Assembly: GCA_963791045.1 (NCBI GenBank)
Contig: CAWBQK010000010.1
Span: 32,001-96,000 of the forward strand
DNA: 64,000 nucleotides
Direction of reading: 5' to 3'
DNA from: Candidatus Latescibacterota bacterium
GTDB taxonomy: Bacteria; Krumholzibacteriota; Krumholzibacteriia; WVZY01
Each line of letters begins with the position of its first letter. Position 1 is the stretch's first letter. Both the position numbers and the translations under genes were made by a program. Below the pieces are notes generated by a model, which saw only the letters and a program-made list of their open reading frames with translations, was not told the origin of the DNA and did not search any database. Positions 52,302-61,972 of the stretch are shown here, in pieces.

Positions 52302-54086
52302 TCACTTCTTTTTCTTCGTCTGAATATGCAGATCGTCCAGCTGCTCAGGATCGACCGGCGACGGGGCCTCGTCCATAAGGGACGTGGCCTTCTGGGTCTT
52401 GGGAAACGCTATTACGTCCCGGATCGAGTCGCACCCGGCCAGGATCATGATGATCCGGTCGAGCCCCGGCGCGATACCGCCGTGGGGCGGCGCACCGAAT
52501 TCGAGCGCGTGGAGAAGGAAACCAAACCGCTTGTCGGCCTCCTCCCGGGATACGCCTCCGACGGCGAGAATCCGCTCCTGGAGCTCCCTGTTGTGAACCC
52601 TGATACTCCCCGATGCCAGCTCGACGCCGTTGCAAACGAGATCGTATAGGTGCGCGCGCACCTTGAGCGGTTCCGTTTCGAGAAGCGGGATATCTTCTTC
52701 CCTCGGCATCGAGAAAAAGTGGTGCGACGGCGTCAGCGCGTTCCGGTCCTCATCCCATTCGAAAAGCGGAAAATCATTGATCCACGCAAACGCAAATTTA
52801 CGCTCGTCGGGGAGCGACAACATCTTGCCGATCTCGACCCGCAGTCTCCCGAGAATCGCCGACGCCTTGCCGTGCTTTCCAACGATGCCCAGGAAGAGTC
52901 CGCCGTCTTCGAGGTGTGTTTTTGAAATCAACTCCGCGGCCCCGTCCCCAAGAATCTTGGCCAGCGGCCCCTTCAAGGCGCCGCCCGCATTCTTGAGATG
53001 TATGAGCCCGCCGGCGCCCATCGCCTTTGCCGTTTCTTCAAATTTTTCGATGGCGCTTTTTTTGATTTCCCCGCCACCGGGAACCACAAAACCCCGCACG
53101 GTCTCGCCGCGCGCGATCGCCTCTTCGATAAACCGGATCCCCGATCCCTCGAAAACCGAATCGAGCGTTTGGAGTTCGAGGCCAAAGCGCATATCGGGTT
53201 TGTCCGACCCAAACCGTTCGATCGCTTCCCGGTACGGGATAATCGGGAACGGCGTCTCGAGTTTTATCCCCCGGCCCGCGTCAAATATTTCCGTCATCAG
53301 CGATTCGAGAAGAACAAACACATCCTCCTCGCGCACGAAGCTCATTTCGATATCGATCTGTGTGTGTTCGGGCTGCCGGTCAGCGCGCAGGTCCTCGTCG
53401 CGCATGCAGCGGGCAAGCTGAAAATACTTATCGAACCCGGCGACCATGAGAATTTGTTTGTAGAGCTGTGGACTCTGCGGGAGCGCGTAAAAGCTGCCCG
53501 GATGGAGCCGGCTCGGGACGAGGTAGTCCCTCGCGCCCTCGGGCGTGCAGCGGACCAGCATCGGTGTCTCTATTTCAAGAAATCCACGCCCGGCGAGAAA
53601 GTTGCGCACGGCGAGGATCACGCGGTGACGGAGTTCAATAATTTCCTGCATTGGCCGCCGCCGCAGGTCGAGGTACCTGTACTTGAGCCTGAGATCCTCG
53701 TTGGCCTTCACCTCGTCGACGATCGTAAACGGCGGCACCTCCGACGCATTCAGGAGCACGAATTCGTCCACGGCAACCTCGAAGGCGCCCGTTTCCATAT
53801 CGGTGCGGACCATTTCGTCGGGGCGGCGCTGGACGGTACCGCGGCAGGCGATGACGTCCTCCATGTTTAGATTTTTCGAGAAATCATCGAGGTCCCCGCG
53901 GTTGGGGTCGACGAGAAGCTGAACAAAACCATAGCGGTCCCTGAGGTCGATAAAGCGCAGACCGCCGAGGTTGCGGACGCGGCCGACCCAACCCATAAGG
54001 CGCACCTCTGTTCCAATATCCTGTTCACCGATCTCGTTGCACTTGTGCGACCGCGAAAACGGCACAACAAATCTTTGCTCGCTCAT
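52302..54086 (-). CDS. aspS: Aspartate--tRNA ligase
   Basis: FIDLRDR, RLKYRYLDLRR, TPEGARDYLVPSR, LPQSPQLYKQ, DEDLRADRQPE, GAPPHGGIA.GLDR. Confidence 0.97.
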   Translation of the reverse strand: MSEQRFVVPFSRSHKCNEIGEQDIGTEVRLMGWVGRVRNLGGLRFIDLRDRYGFVQLLVDPNRGDLDDFSKNLNMEDVIACRGTVQRRPDEMVRTDMETGAFEVAVDEFVLLNASEVPPFTIVDEVKANEDLRLKYRYLDLRRRPMQEIIELRHRVILAVRNFLAGRGFLEIETPMLVRCTPEGARDYLVPSRLHPGSFYALPQSPQLYKQILMVAGFDKYFQLARCMRDEDLRADRQPEHTQIDIEMSFVREEDVFVLLESLMTEIFDAGRGIKLETPFPIIPYREAIERFGSDKPDMRFGLELQTLDSVFEGSGIRFIEEAIARGETVRGFVVPGGGEIKKSAIEKFEETAKAMGAGGLIHLKNAGGALKGPLAKILGDGAAELISKTHLEDGGLFLGIVGKHGKASAILGRLRVEIGKMLSLPDERKFAFAWINDFPLFEWDEDRNALTPSHHFFSMPREEDIPLLETEPLKVRAHLYDLVCNGVELASGSIRVHNRELQERILAVGGVSREEADKRFGFLLHALEFGAPPHGGIAPGLDRIIMILAGCDSIRDVIAFPKTQKATSLMDEAPSPVDPEQLDDLHIQTKKKK

Positions 54087-55354
54087 TCGTCACTCACTTT
54101 GTCATTGTTCGATTGTTCTTCGGCAAACTCGAGGAGGTTTTCGTCTTCGATCTCGAATTGTTCGCGCTTTTCCATATCCTTCCACTTGACCCGGCCGGGG
54201 AAATCGCTCTCAACGATTACCGCAACCCGCGCGCCGTGTTTTTCGGCGTTCTTGAGTTGTTTCTTCAACACCCTCATCGTCGCATCGACCTCGACCGACC
54301 CGAAGGCCCTGAGCACGCGGGCGGTGGTTATCGCACGTTCCGCCGCCGCCTCGTCAACGCATATTACGTAGAAATCAACATCGCGGCGTGCGTGGGCCAG
54401 GGCGGCGCTGTCCTTCGGAAGCACGCTTATGATCCTTTCGATCCCCGCGCTAAAGCCCACCGCCGGGGTCGGCGGACCGCCGCACTGTTCCACGAGATTG
54501 TCGTAACGCCCACCGCCGCACAACGCGTTCTGCGAGCCAAGCGACCCGTGGAGGATTTCGTATGTCGTTCTCGTATAATAGTCGAGTCCGCGCACAAGCA
54601 TGGGATCGACGTCGTACACCCGTTCGATCGCGTCGAGGTGCGACTTCACTTTATCAAAGTGCGCGGCGCACGCAGGACAGAGATGCTCAGATATCGGCGG
54701 GAGTTCGCTTTTTATTTCCTCGCATTTTTTGCAGTCGAACACGCGCATCGGATTGCGCTCGGCCCGGTCGGTACAGTCGTCGCACAAACGTCCGGCAAGA
54801 CCTTTGAGCGCGCCGGAGAGGATTTCGGTGTAGGGGCCCCGGCACTCCGAGCATCCCACCGAGTTGAGCTTGACGATCAGTTCTTCGAACCCGAGCGCCT
54901 CGAGCGCCGTCATCACGACATCGATTGTTTCCACATCGAGGATCGGGTCCATTCCGCCGACGACTTCGAGCCCGACCTGGTGAAACTGGCGGTAACGTCC
55001 CGCCTGCGGTCTGTCGTAACGGAACATCGGACCCGTGTAGCTGAGCCTAGACACGCCGCCGAGCCTGTGCATTCCGTTCTCGAGGTAGGCGCGGATGACG
55101 GCGGCGGTGTTTTCCGGACGAAGAGTGAGGCTACGCCCCCCTCGGTCTTTGAACGTGTACATCTCCTTCGAAACGATATCAGTGGCCTCTCCTACCGAGC
55201 GAAGAAAAACATCGGTGAATTCGAAGATCGGCGTGCGAACCGGTTCGTAACCAAACCTCTCAAACGTCGCTTCGAAAACAGCTTCAACGTAGCGCCACAC
55301 ATAAATATCGGGAGGCAATATGTCCTGTGTGCCTCTCGGACGCGAATATTTCAT
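54083..55354 (-). CDS. hisS: Histidine--tRNA ligase
   Basis: MKYSRPRGTQD, KEMYTF, LRPENTA, FRYDRPQAGRYRQFHQ, LVRGLDYY, GGGRYD. Confidence 0.97.
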   Translation of the reverse strand: MKYSRPRGTQDILPPDIYVWRYVEAVFEATFERFGYEPVRTPIFEFTDVFLRSVGEATDIVSKEMYTFKDRGGRSLTLRPENTAAVIRAYLENGMHRLGGVSRLSYTGPMFRYDRPQAGRYRQFHQVGLEVVGGMDPILDVETIDVVMTALEALGFEELIVKLNSVGCSECRGPYTEILSGALKGLAGRLCDDCTDRAERNPMRVFDCKKCEEIKSELPPISEHLCPACAAHFDKVKSHLDAIERVYDVDPMLVRGLDYYTRTTYEILHGSLGSQNALCGGGRYDNLVEQCGGPPTPAVGFSAGIERIISVLPKDSAALAHARRDVDFYVICVDEAAAERAITTARVLRAFGSVEVDATMRVLKKQLKNAEKHGARVAVIVESDFPGRVKWKDMEKREQFEIEDENLLEFAEEQSNNDKVSDE

Positions 55355-55356
55355 TC

Positions 55357-55773
55357 TTATTTCCCTTCTCCCGGGATGCCCCGTGAGGTTTCCAGCCGGG
55401 ATTTCCGTTTGTCCCCAAGACCGGTAAAAACAAATATGCCGATTCCGACGGCAACGCCTAGCGCATCGGCGCACCAGTCGTAAACGCTCATCATCCGCCC
55501 TGGAATAAAACTCTGATAAATTTCGTCTAGCCCGGCGACACTGACGCCGACGGCAAAAAGAAAAACAAACGTCGCGAAACGCGAACGGCTCACCGTCCAC
55601 CCGATCCCTCTGAAAAGAAGAACCCCGAGCACGCCGTACTCGATGAAGTGAGCGATCTTATCCTTGTTAGCGAAGCTGGGTCCCGGAGCCGTCAACGAAG
55701 GAATGGATGACAAAGCGAGAATCAGGAGCACGTAGAAAAGCACCGGCAGCATGCGACGTTGAATTTGGAACAT
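55357..55773 (-). CDS. VanZ family membrane protein
   Basis: DKIAHFIEYGVLG ... DEIYQSFIPGR...D..AD..G. Confidence 0.85.
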   Translation of the reverse strand: MFQIQRRMLPVLFYVLLILALSSIPSLTAPGPSFANKDKIAHFIEYGVLGVLLFRGIGWTVSRSRFATFVFLFAVGVSVAGLDEIYQSFIPGRMMSVYDWCADALGVAVGIGIFVFTGLGDKRKSRLETSRGIPGEGK

Positions 55774-55856
55774 GATCCGACACTCTGACCTTCCTATTTC
55801 TCGACGGGATTCTCGATGCCGGAATGCCGGCCATAGAGAGCGGGATTGTCGCGAGA

Positions 55857-56327
55857 CTACCGATCTCCAAACCGCTTAAAAACCCCCAGCACGTCTTCGA
55901 CCTCTGTCGCACTCCGAAGTTCCTGGCGAAACTCCTCGTGGTTGAGAAGCCTCGATATCTTGGCAAGAACCTTGATGTGATCCCGCCGGCTGGCTTTTGG
56001 CCCAAGTATTATAAAAAACAAATCCACGGAGTCACCATCGAGCGCGTCGAAGTCCACACTCTCGCGCGTGCGGAAAAATCCTGCGACGAGTCGCTCGACA
56101 CCATCGGTGTAGGCATGCGGGATGGCAACCCCGTTGCCAATGCCCGTACTCATTACATTTTCACGTTCGATGACATCGTGGAGGGCGTTATCGAAATCCT
56201 TTATCAAATCCTTTGAATCAAGCGATTTGAGAATCTGCTCGAGCAGAACTTCCTTCCCGGCCGGTTCGATGTCCAGGACGATGCTGTCTTCCTTGAAGAG
56301 ATCTGAGAGCTTCAACGTTAACCTCAA
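55857..56327 (-). CDS. PTS sugar transporter subunit IIA (PtsN/Fru family)
   Basis: ERE...STGIGNGVAIPHA (phospho-His), DFDALDG..V.LFF, HIKVLAKISRLL. Confidence 0.9.
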   Translation of the reverse strand: MRLTLKLSDLFKEDSIVLDIEPAGKEVLLEQILKSLDSKDLIKDFDNALHDVIERENVMSTGIGNGVAIPHAYTDGVERLVAGFFRTRESVDFDALDGDSVDLFFIILGPKASRRDHIKVLAKISRLLNHEEFRQELRSATEVEDVLGVFKRFGDR

Positions 56328-56370
56328 TTAGATCGGTCGGGTGTTTCGGTCGGACACACAATAAAACTAC

Positions 56371-56399
56371 AAAATATTTTTTATGCGGCGAACTGTCAA
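56371..56399 (-). promoter_or_regulatory. Putative sigma-70 promoter for the PTS IIA-vanZ-hisS-aspS unit
   Basis: TTGACA-17 bp-TATTTT, overlapping the upstream stop codon. Confidence 0.5.
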
Positions 56400-57340
56400 G
56401 GTCTTATAGTGCTTTCGGCCCGGATCGCCGCATCAAACCGGTCGAATAGCGCCGCCGTACGCTCGATCCTCGAGGGAGTAACAGGTTCGAGCCGGCGAAT
56501 ACCATGGGACCTGAGCAGGTCGACGGTGTCGTCCCTCCTCGCCGCCAGTTCAGTCTCCTGAAGCAGCGCGGCCACGGCGCCGAGCTTCCGCGTATAGTAA
56601 CTCGAATCCGAGCCTCGGGCGCCGATCACGATGTCGGGCAACGCGTCCTCCGAATGGATCACACGGATATCGCTCGCTTCGAGGATACCCCTGTCGATCA
56701 GGGCGGCCAGTTCGCTCAGCTTGCACGCCCCCCACGGGTACTTGCCGTGGAGGACCGAATAGATCACCGGGGTGCCGTCATCCCGGGTCCCCACAAACCG
56801 ATAATCCTCTTCGCCCAGCCCGGCGCCCAGCCGTTCGAGGTGGTCCGCCTGCAGCCAGAACCCGTTGACCGATCGGGGATCAGCGAACGCGACGTCTTGC
56901 GCCCGCGCACCGGACGGCTCCATCCCTTCACCGGCCGGCCCCGCGATCAATATCGCCTTGTCGCGTTGCCTGTCTGTGATTCCGATTTCAAAGAGCGGGG
57001 TGATTGGAAGAACGTTCGCGTGGCGAAAATATTCGTCCATGGGCATCACGAACAGATCGAAGTCGGCGGGCCATTCGCCGGCGCACTCGACCAGGACCGC
57101 GGGGCGTCTCGATTCCCTGCTGACAAGCGCCCTCAGCGGCTCGAACCGGTTTGCCGATTCGCCGGGGTGAAGCCCGGCCGGGACGCAAATCCTGATGATG
57201 TCCCTTCGGGACCCCAGGTCGCCGTTGAAGAACGCGCTCACGGCGATCAGGATGACGGCGATCGTCACAAAAAGGGTCAGCCATCGTCCCATATACGATG
57301 AGAGCATGCTGACGTCTATGATCCTGGTTTTGTTTTTCAT
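56396..57340 (-). CDS. Phosphate/phosphonate-binding (PhnD-like) protein, membrane anchored
   Basis: N-terminal TM; VAFADPRSVNGF (PhnD-like AFxDxxSxSG), VIYSVLHG, IRVI..SE.LP. Confidence 0.6.
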   Translation of the reverse strand: MKNKTRIIDVSMLSSYMGRWLTLFVTIAVILIAVSAFFNGDLGSRRDIIRICVPAGLHPGESANRFEPLRALVSRESRRPAVLVECAGEWPADFDLFVMPMDEYFRHANVLPITPLFEIGITDRQRDKAILIAGPAGEGMEPSGARAQDVAFADPRSVNGFWLQADHLERLGAGLGEEDYRFVGTRDDGTPVIYSVLHGKYPWGACKLSELAALIDRGILEASDIRVIHSEDALPDIVIGARGSDSSYYTRKLGAVAALLQETELAARRDDTVDLLRSHGIRRLEPVTPSRIERTAALFDRFDAAIRAESTIRP

Positions 57341-57392
57341 GGCGTGGCGGCCGCGGTCCGTTTCGAGAGCGGCCGCTGCCTTCTGATTACAT

Positions 57393-58343
57393 CTACCGCG
57401 GTTCCGTCGCCCGGCTGATAAACACACGCAGGCTGTCGATATCGAGCGCGTATTTCTCGACACCATTGGGAACGATTACTTCGGGAGCGAGCATGTATTG
57501 CCCGGTCGGTTTACCGCTGAGATCCACCAGCACCGATACATCCCGCGACGACAACGTGTCGAGAAGAGCGCTCGGGCCCTCGAGTGTGAGCGACACCGTG
57601 TTCGGGAAAACCTCGGTTGTGAAGTCCTCGTGATCGACAAGAATCGTCGGCGGAATATGGGCGAGCACGCGGCGTCTTCGTTCGCTCACATAAACGGCAA
57701 CCAGGACCCTGGAAGGTTCACAGCTAAAAAGGTCCGGGTTAAAGTCGAGATCGACATCCCGTTCGATCGACTCTCGAATCTTCCCGAGGTCGATCGGTTT
57801 GGTAAGAACCTTGTCGAGCGGCTCGACGGCGCTCTGCGCGCCCCTCACCATCACCCAACCAGGCACCGATTCGGGGACGGAACTCAAAAGCTGTTCTCCG
57901 GGTAAATTACCCGCGAGCGAGACGCCGACCCGGACCCGTTTGGCCACCACGAGTTCGAGAGTCACGTCGATAAGCAGGGGCGCATTGATCCGCACGTTTC
58001 GCGGTTCGACACCCGGCGGCAGAAGAACGTCCGACACGGACAAGCGCTGGCTGAACCTGCCCGGCGCCGCCCGGTTCATGTTCACCGCCACGCGAATCCG
58101 CTTGAATCCCATGAGAAGCAGATCCCGGCGCGTACCGGTTATTTCAAGCTCCGCTTCTTCGGGAACCCTGCCGGTGACCGTCAACGAATCGGGAACATTG
58201 ACAAACATAAGCGGGACCTGGAACGTTCTCTCGTCTTCACGCTGACCGATCGCGTTGAACCAGATCGCCACCGCGACGAGAAGCGCGAGGAGTTTCACGC
58301 CGACGTTTCCTATAATTCCGTGTGCGAATTTAGCGCCCGTCAT
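57393..58343 (-). CDS. YbbR/CdaR family protein
   Basis: N...KLLALLVAVAIW TM followed by YbbR-like repeats (P..V.V.G....L..L...D....VDL). Confidence 0.8.
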   Translation of the reverse strand: MTGAKFAHGIIGNVGVKLLALLVAVAIWFNAIGQREDERTFQVPLMFVNVPDSLTVTGRVPEEAELEITGTRRDLLLMGFKRIRVAVNMNRAAPGRFSQRLSVSDVLLPPGVEPRNVRINAPLLIDVTLELVVAKRVRVGVSLAGNLPGEQLLSSVPESVPGWVMVRGAQSAVEPLDKVLTKPIDLGKIRESIERDVDLDFNPDLFSCEPSRVLVAVYVSERRRRVLAHIPPTILVDHEDFTTEVFPNTVSLTLEGPSALLDTLSSRDVSVLVDLSGKPTGQYMLAPEVIVPNGVEKYALDIDSLRVFISRATEPR

Positions 58344-59724
58344 GTCGTTCCCGGATCACGAGTTCCTGCCCCACACGAATGACGTCTTTGTTCCCGAGTC
58401 TGTTGGACTCGCGAATCGACGCCACGCTTGTACTGTACTGTTTTGAAATCCCCCACAACGTATCGCCCCGTCTTACCTTGTGCACGAAAAGGCGGCCCGT
58501 CTCGTCGGGCGGCGGGGGGTATTTCCGGAGATATGAGATTATGCCGGCTGCTATGGCGTCGGCCGCGGCTTGCCTGCCCTTTGCATTTTTGAAGATCGAC
58601 GCATCCTTGGAGTTGGAAAGAAAACCCGCCTCAACCAGGACCGAAGGGATGTCCACCGACTTGAGCACGGCGAACGATTTTTGTTTGACGCTGCGGACGG
58701 GGGGAAGATCCTTCCTGTCCATCGCTTTTAAGATTTCTTCCCCGAGAAGAAGGCTTCGCTGCATCATCGCCTGCTGGTTGACGTCGACGAGCATATGCAT
58801 GATGTCGTCGCTCTCCGGTGCGTCCAGACCAAGTTCTCTTGCCGCGTTCTTTCTGTTGGACAAAAACTTTTTCGCGGTCGCCTCGGCCCCCGCCGGAGAT
58901 ATCAAAAACAACTCAACCCCTCTGGCGCTCCGCCGGGGCGCCGAATTGAGATGGATGCTCACGAAAATATCGGCGTTTCGCTTCTTCGCGATACGCGTCC
59001 GCTCGACCAGATTGAGAAAAACGTCACTGTCGCGCGTCATAACCGCTTTGAAACCATCTTTTTCGTTTATCTTACGGGCCACCCGCCGCGATATATCCAA
59101 CACGACGTCCTTTTCCCGCAGCTTATACTTGCCGGTGGTTCCCGGATCCTTCCCCCCGTGACCGGGATCAATGGCGACTATGATCTGCTGTTTCGCCTCC
59201 GGGGGACGCATGCGCGCCGGAGGAGGAGAAGAAGCCGTCGTCGTTTTTGCTTTGGTATTTGCCGGCACCTTCGGCTTGGTCGACGCCGTTTTGTTTGCCG
59301 GTTGACCGGGGCCGTTTTTTACATCGACGACAATCCGGTTGGGCATCCCGTCGACGGGAACGAGATACAGATCGTTCCATTCCGCCGCGTGCCTCAGGTC
59401 GAGAACAACCTGCGTTCCCCAGGACAGCCTGTTGATACGCACACGCCGGACAACTCCGTCGTTTATGTCGGCGCGCTTGGCGTCTCGGGAGAGTCTGACA
59501 CCGGTGAGATTGATGGCGATCCGGTCCGGATTCGCGAATTTTCGAATCTTATAGTCCGCCCGCCCGGAGAGATCGAGGACAATCCTCGTCCGATCGGGGG
59601 CGACTGTGTACCTTATTTTTGAAAGCGAGGGAGAAGGGCTCGATGTTGAATGGGTGTTCGTCGCCCATGCGCCAAGGAGAAGCACCAGTGTAACAACCGT
59701 TGATATACGTCTGATGATCAACAT
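58330..59724 (-). CDS. N-acetylmuramoyl-L-alanine amidase (AMIN + Amidase_3 + LysM)
   Basis: TRIVLDL and NPDRI (AMIN); IDPGHGGKDPG, EK, FVSIHLN, SVLVEAGFLSN; C-terminal HKVRRGDTLWGIS LysM. Confidence 0.92.
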   Translation of the reverse strand: MLIIRRISTVVTLVLLLGAWATNTHSTSSPSPSLSKIRYTVAPDRTRIVLDLSGRADYKIRKFANPDRIAINLTGVRLSRDAKRADINDGVVRRVRINRLSWGTQVVLDLRHAAEWNDLYLVPVDGMPNRIVVDVKNGPGQPANKTASTKPKVPANTKAKTTTASSPPPARMRPPEAKQQIIVAIDPGHGGKDPGTTGKYKLREKDVVLDISRRVARKINEKDGFKAVMTRDSDVFLNLVERTRIAKKRNADIFVSIHLNSAPRRSARGVELFLISPAGAEATAKKFLSNRKNAARELGLDAPESDDIMHMLVDVNQQAMMQRSLLLGEEILKAMDRKDLPPVRSVKQKSFAVLKSVDIPSVLVEAGFLSNSKDASIFKNAKGRQAAADAIAAGIISYLRKYPPPPDETGRLFVHKVRRGDTLWGISKQYSTSVASIRESNRLGNKDVIRVGQELVIRERHDGR

Positions 59725-59827
59725 CTGCGTCGACGGTTTCCTTTGGGCGCGAAAAGCGCAACTCATGGATGGAACGGCCGGGCCGAGTTCCACCGGGTTT
59801 TGCAGGAGACATTTCTGATGCGTATCA

Positions 59828-59857
59828 AAAATAGAACAGGGGGAAAGTAAATGGCAA
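59828..59857 (-). promoter_or_regulatory. Putative promoter for the amidase operon
   Basis: TTGCCA-18 bp-TATTTT on the minus strand. Confidence 0.4.
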
Positions 59858-59874
59858 GAGAATATTCAGTCCCT

Positions 59875-60804
59875 CTAATCCACAACTTCGCGGTTGGAAA
59901 GCACATAGGCCAGGGGATTCTTTTTCTTCCCATCCTTCGTCACTTCGTAATGAAGGTGAGTGGCCGTCGACCGGCCCGATGACCCGACCCGTGCAATCAC
60001 ATCTCCGCGTTTTACTCTTTTACCCTTCTTGACAAGGAGTTTAGAGCAATGGGCATATCGGGTGGCGAAACCGTGCCCGTGTGAGATTTCAACGGTCCAA
60101 CCAAACTGGTACCATTTGCCGGCAAAGGTCACGACCCCATCAGCGGTAGCGAGAATGGGAGTGCCCAGGCGCGCCGAGTAATCTACCCCGTGATGCCACG
60201 AGGTTCTCCCTGTGAAGGGATCCATCCGACGGCCGAACCGGCTCGAAACATAACCCGAAGGAAGTGGTCGAATTGACGGTGTTGCGTTGAGCTGTGCCTG
60301 TCGTTCCGCGAGCGTCTCGATGATCGTTTCGTAACTTTCCCTCTGCAGTCTGGCCTGGCGGGTAAGTTTGTCGATATCTTCACCCAGAATGTTGACCCTC
60401 CCGCGCGTCCCCTCATCCAGGAGCGAGAGAGACTCGATGGCGCCATAATCGGGACCACCGACACCGACCTCGGCAACGTCACCGTCCAGATCGTCCAGGT
60501 TGGCGAGAATACGGGCCTTTTTCTGAAAATCGAAATTCTGCTGAACCTGACGTTCCAGCAGCTCGACCCGTTGGGCGTAATCGTCCAGCTGTCCCCGGAG
60601 AACATCGTTTTCTTCCGCGGCTTGCGTCAGCCGATCGGCGGTCAACGCGCTCGTCGACAAATTGATTACGAATACGGTCGCAGCGGCCACGGACAGGGCC
60701 ACAAACGCCAAAATCCCGAAAACGAGAAGTTTCGGGACGCGGACGGTCTTCAGCCCGCCGTCCTTCTTGGGGACGTACATGAATGTGAAATATTTGTTCT
60801 TCAT
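59875..60804 (-). CDS. M23 family metallopeptidase
   Basis: TM plus coiled coil; PSIRP, SSRFG.R.DPF, HHGVD, TRYAH, GRSTATHLHYEV. Confidence 0.92.
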   Translation of the reverse strand: MKNKYFTFMYVPKKDGGLKTVRVPKLLVFGILAFVALSVAAATVFVINLSTSALTADRLTQAAEENDVLRGQLDDYAQRVELLERQVQQNFDFQKKARILANLDDLDGDVAEVGVGGPDYGAIESLSLLDEGTRGRVNILGEDIDKLTRQARLQRESYETIIETLAERQAQLNATPSIRPLPSGYVSSRFGRRMDPFTGRTSWHHGVDYSARLGTPILATADGVVTFAGKWYQFGWTVEISHGHGFATRYAHCSKLLVKKGKRVKRGDVIARVGSSGRSTATHLHYEVTKDGKKKNPLAYVLSNREVVD

Positions 60805-60849
60805 CTCAATCGATCGCTTGGCAAATAACAGGCCGTCAAATCTTCGGGT

Positions 60850-60878
60850 AGGCTAATGAATGCCCCCCCGCATGTCAA
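60850..60878 (-). promoter_or_regulatory. Putative sigma-70 promoter for the M23 peptidase
   Basis: TTGACA-17 bp-TAGCCT on the minus strand. Confidence 0.5.
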
Positions 60879-60955
60879 GCGCATTCTCCCAAACCTGATG
60901 AAGGGCTGCAACTTCCATACCACGGGGACACTCGATGGGGCCTCGTTTAAATACA

Positions 60956-60998
60956 GAAGGTTACCCGGTGCGTCAAATTATAGCACCGGGCAACCTTC
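60956..60998 (-). terminator. Long stem-loop downstream of the sigma factor gene (probable terminator)
   Basis: GAAGGTTACCCGGTGC-11 nt-GCACCGGGCAACCTTC, a 16-bp stem with one G-U pair in the minus-strand RNA. Confidence 0.55.
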
Positions 60999-61035
60999 CG
61001 GTATTTGGCGATATCGAGGCCAAAAGAGCAATCGG

Positions 61036-61917
61036 CTAGCCCTCGATATAACCTTTGAGGAACTTGGACCGCGACGAGTGGCGAAGCCGAACTATCGCTT
61101 TTTCCTTGATCTGGCGGATACGTTCTCTCGTGAGTGAGAGCTTCTTGCCGATTTCTTCGAGGGTAAACGGTTCCTCTCCGTTGAGTCCGAAATACAGTGA
61201 GAGGATCAGCTTTTCCCGATCCGAGAGCGTATCGAGCGCTTTCTCCATATCGTCGCTCAGCGCACGTTCGTAGGTTTGTTCGTCGGGACTCTGAGCGTTG
61301 TCATCCTGGAGATAATCGACGAGCGCGCTGTCATCCTGATCGTTCGAATAAGGATCATCGAGGGACACATGCGTATTGGCGATGTGCATGGTGTCCTGAA
61401 CCTCGGTTTCCGAAATCTTTAATTTTTTGGCAATCTCCGCAGCGCTCGGAGCCCGTCCCAGTTCCTGGTCGAGCTGGCGCGATGCCTTCCCGATCCGGTA
61501 CAAGGTTCCCGCTCTGTTGAGGGGAAGCCGGACGATCCGGGAATGCTCAGCCAGCGACTGGAGCATCGCCTGACGGATCCACCAGACAGCGTACGAAATA
61601 AACTTGTACCCACGTTCCTCATCGAAACGGTGCGCGGCCTTGATAAGACCGAGATTACCGTCGTTGATGAGGTCCTCGAGGGCCAGACCCTGATTCGCGT
61701 ACTGTTTCGCGATCGAGACAACGAACCTGAGGTTCGCTTTGACGAGCCCATCGAGCGCGTCTTTGTCTCCCTTTTTGATCCGGCGCGCGAGTTCTTGCTC
61801 TTCTTCACGCTTGAGCAGGGGTGTCTTATTGATCTCGTGGAGGTAGACGTCGAGACTGCGGTTGCCGCCTGTGCTCTCGTTCTTCGCTCCCCGTCTTTTG
61901 GCTGGATCTGGCCTCAT
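61036..61917 (-). CDS. RNA polymerase sigma-70 factor, RpoD/SigA family lacking region 1.1
   Basis: SLDVYLHEI, ANLRFVVSIAKQY, DLINDGNLGL, KFISYAVWWIRQ, RIVRLPLN, TLEEIG...LTRERIRQI. Confidence 0.93.
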   Translation of the reverse strand: MRPDPAKRRGAKNESTGGNRSLDVYLHEINKTPLLKREEEQELARRIKKGDKDALDGLVKANLRFVVSIAKQYANQGLALEDLINDGNLGLIKAAHRFDEERGYKFISYAVWWIRQAMLQSLAEHSRIVRLPLNRAGTLYRIGKASRQLDQELGRAPSAAEIAKKLKISETEVQDTMHIANTHVSLDDPYSNDQDDSALVDYLQDDNAQSPDEQTYERALSDDMEKALDTLSDREKLILSLYFGLNGEEPFTLEEIGKKLSLTRERIRQIKEKAIVRLRHSSRSKFLKGYIEG

Positions 61918-61972
61918 GGCTTTTTGTCCTTGGTTAGATGTCCGGTCCGACTTCGCAACACATCTATTATCA

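Noticed and set aside
54083-55600. N-terminally extended HisRS (likewise extended starts for phoH, mgtE, ybeY, 15602..16183 and 31901..34282)
   Set aside because: The extensions overlap upstream genes or lack an RBS; downstream starts match family N-termini.
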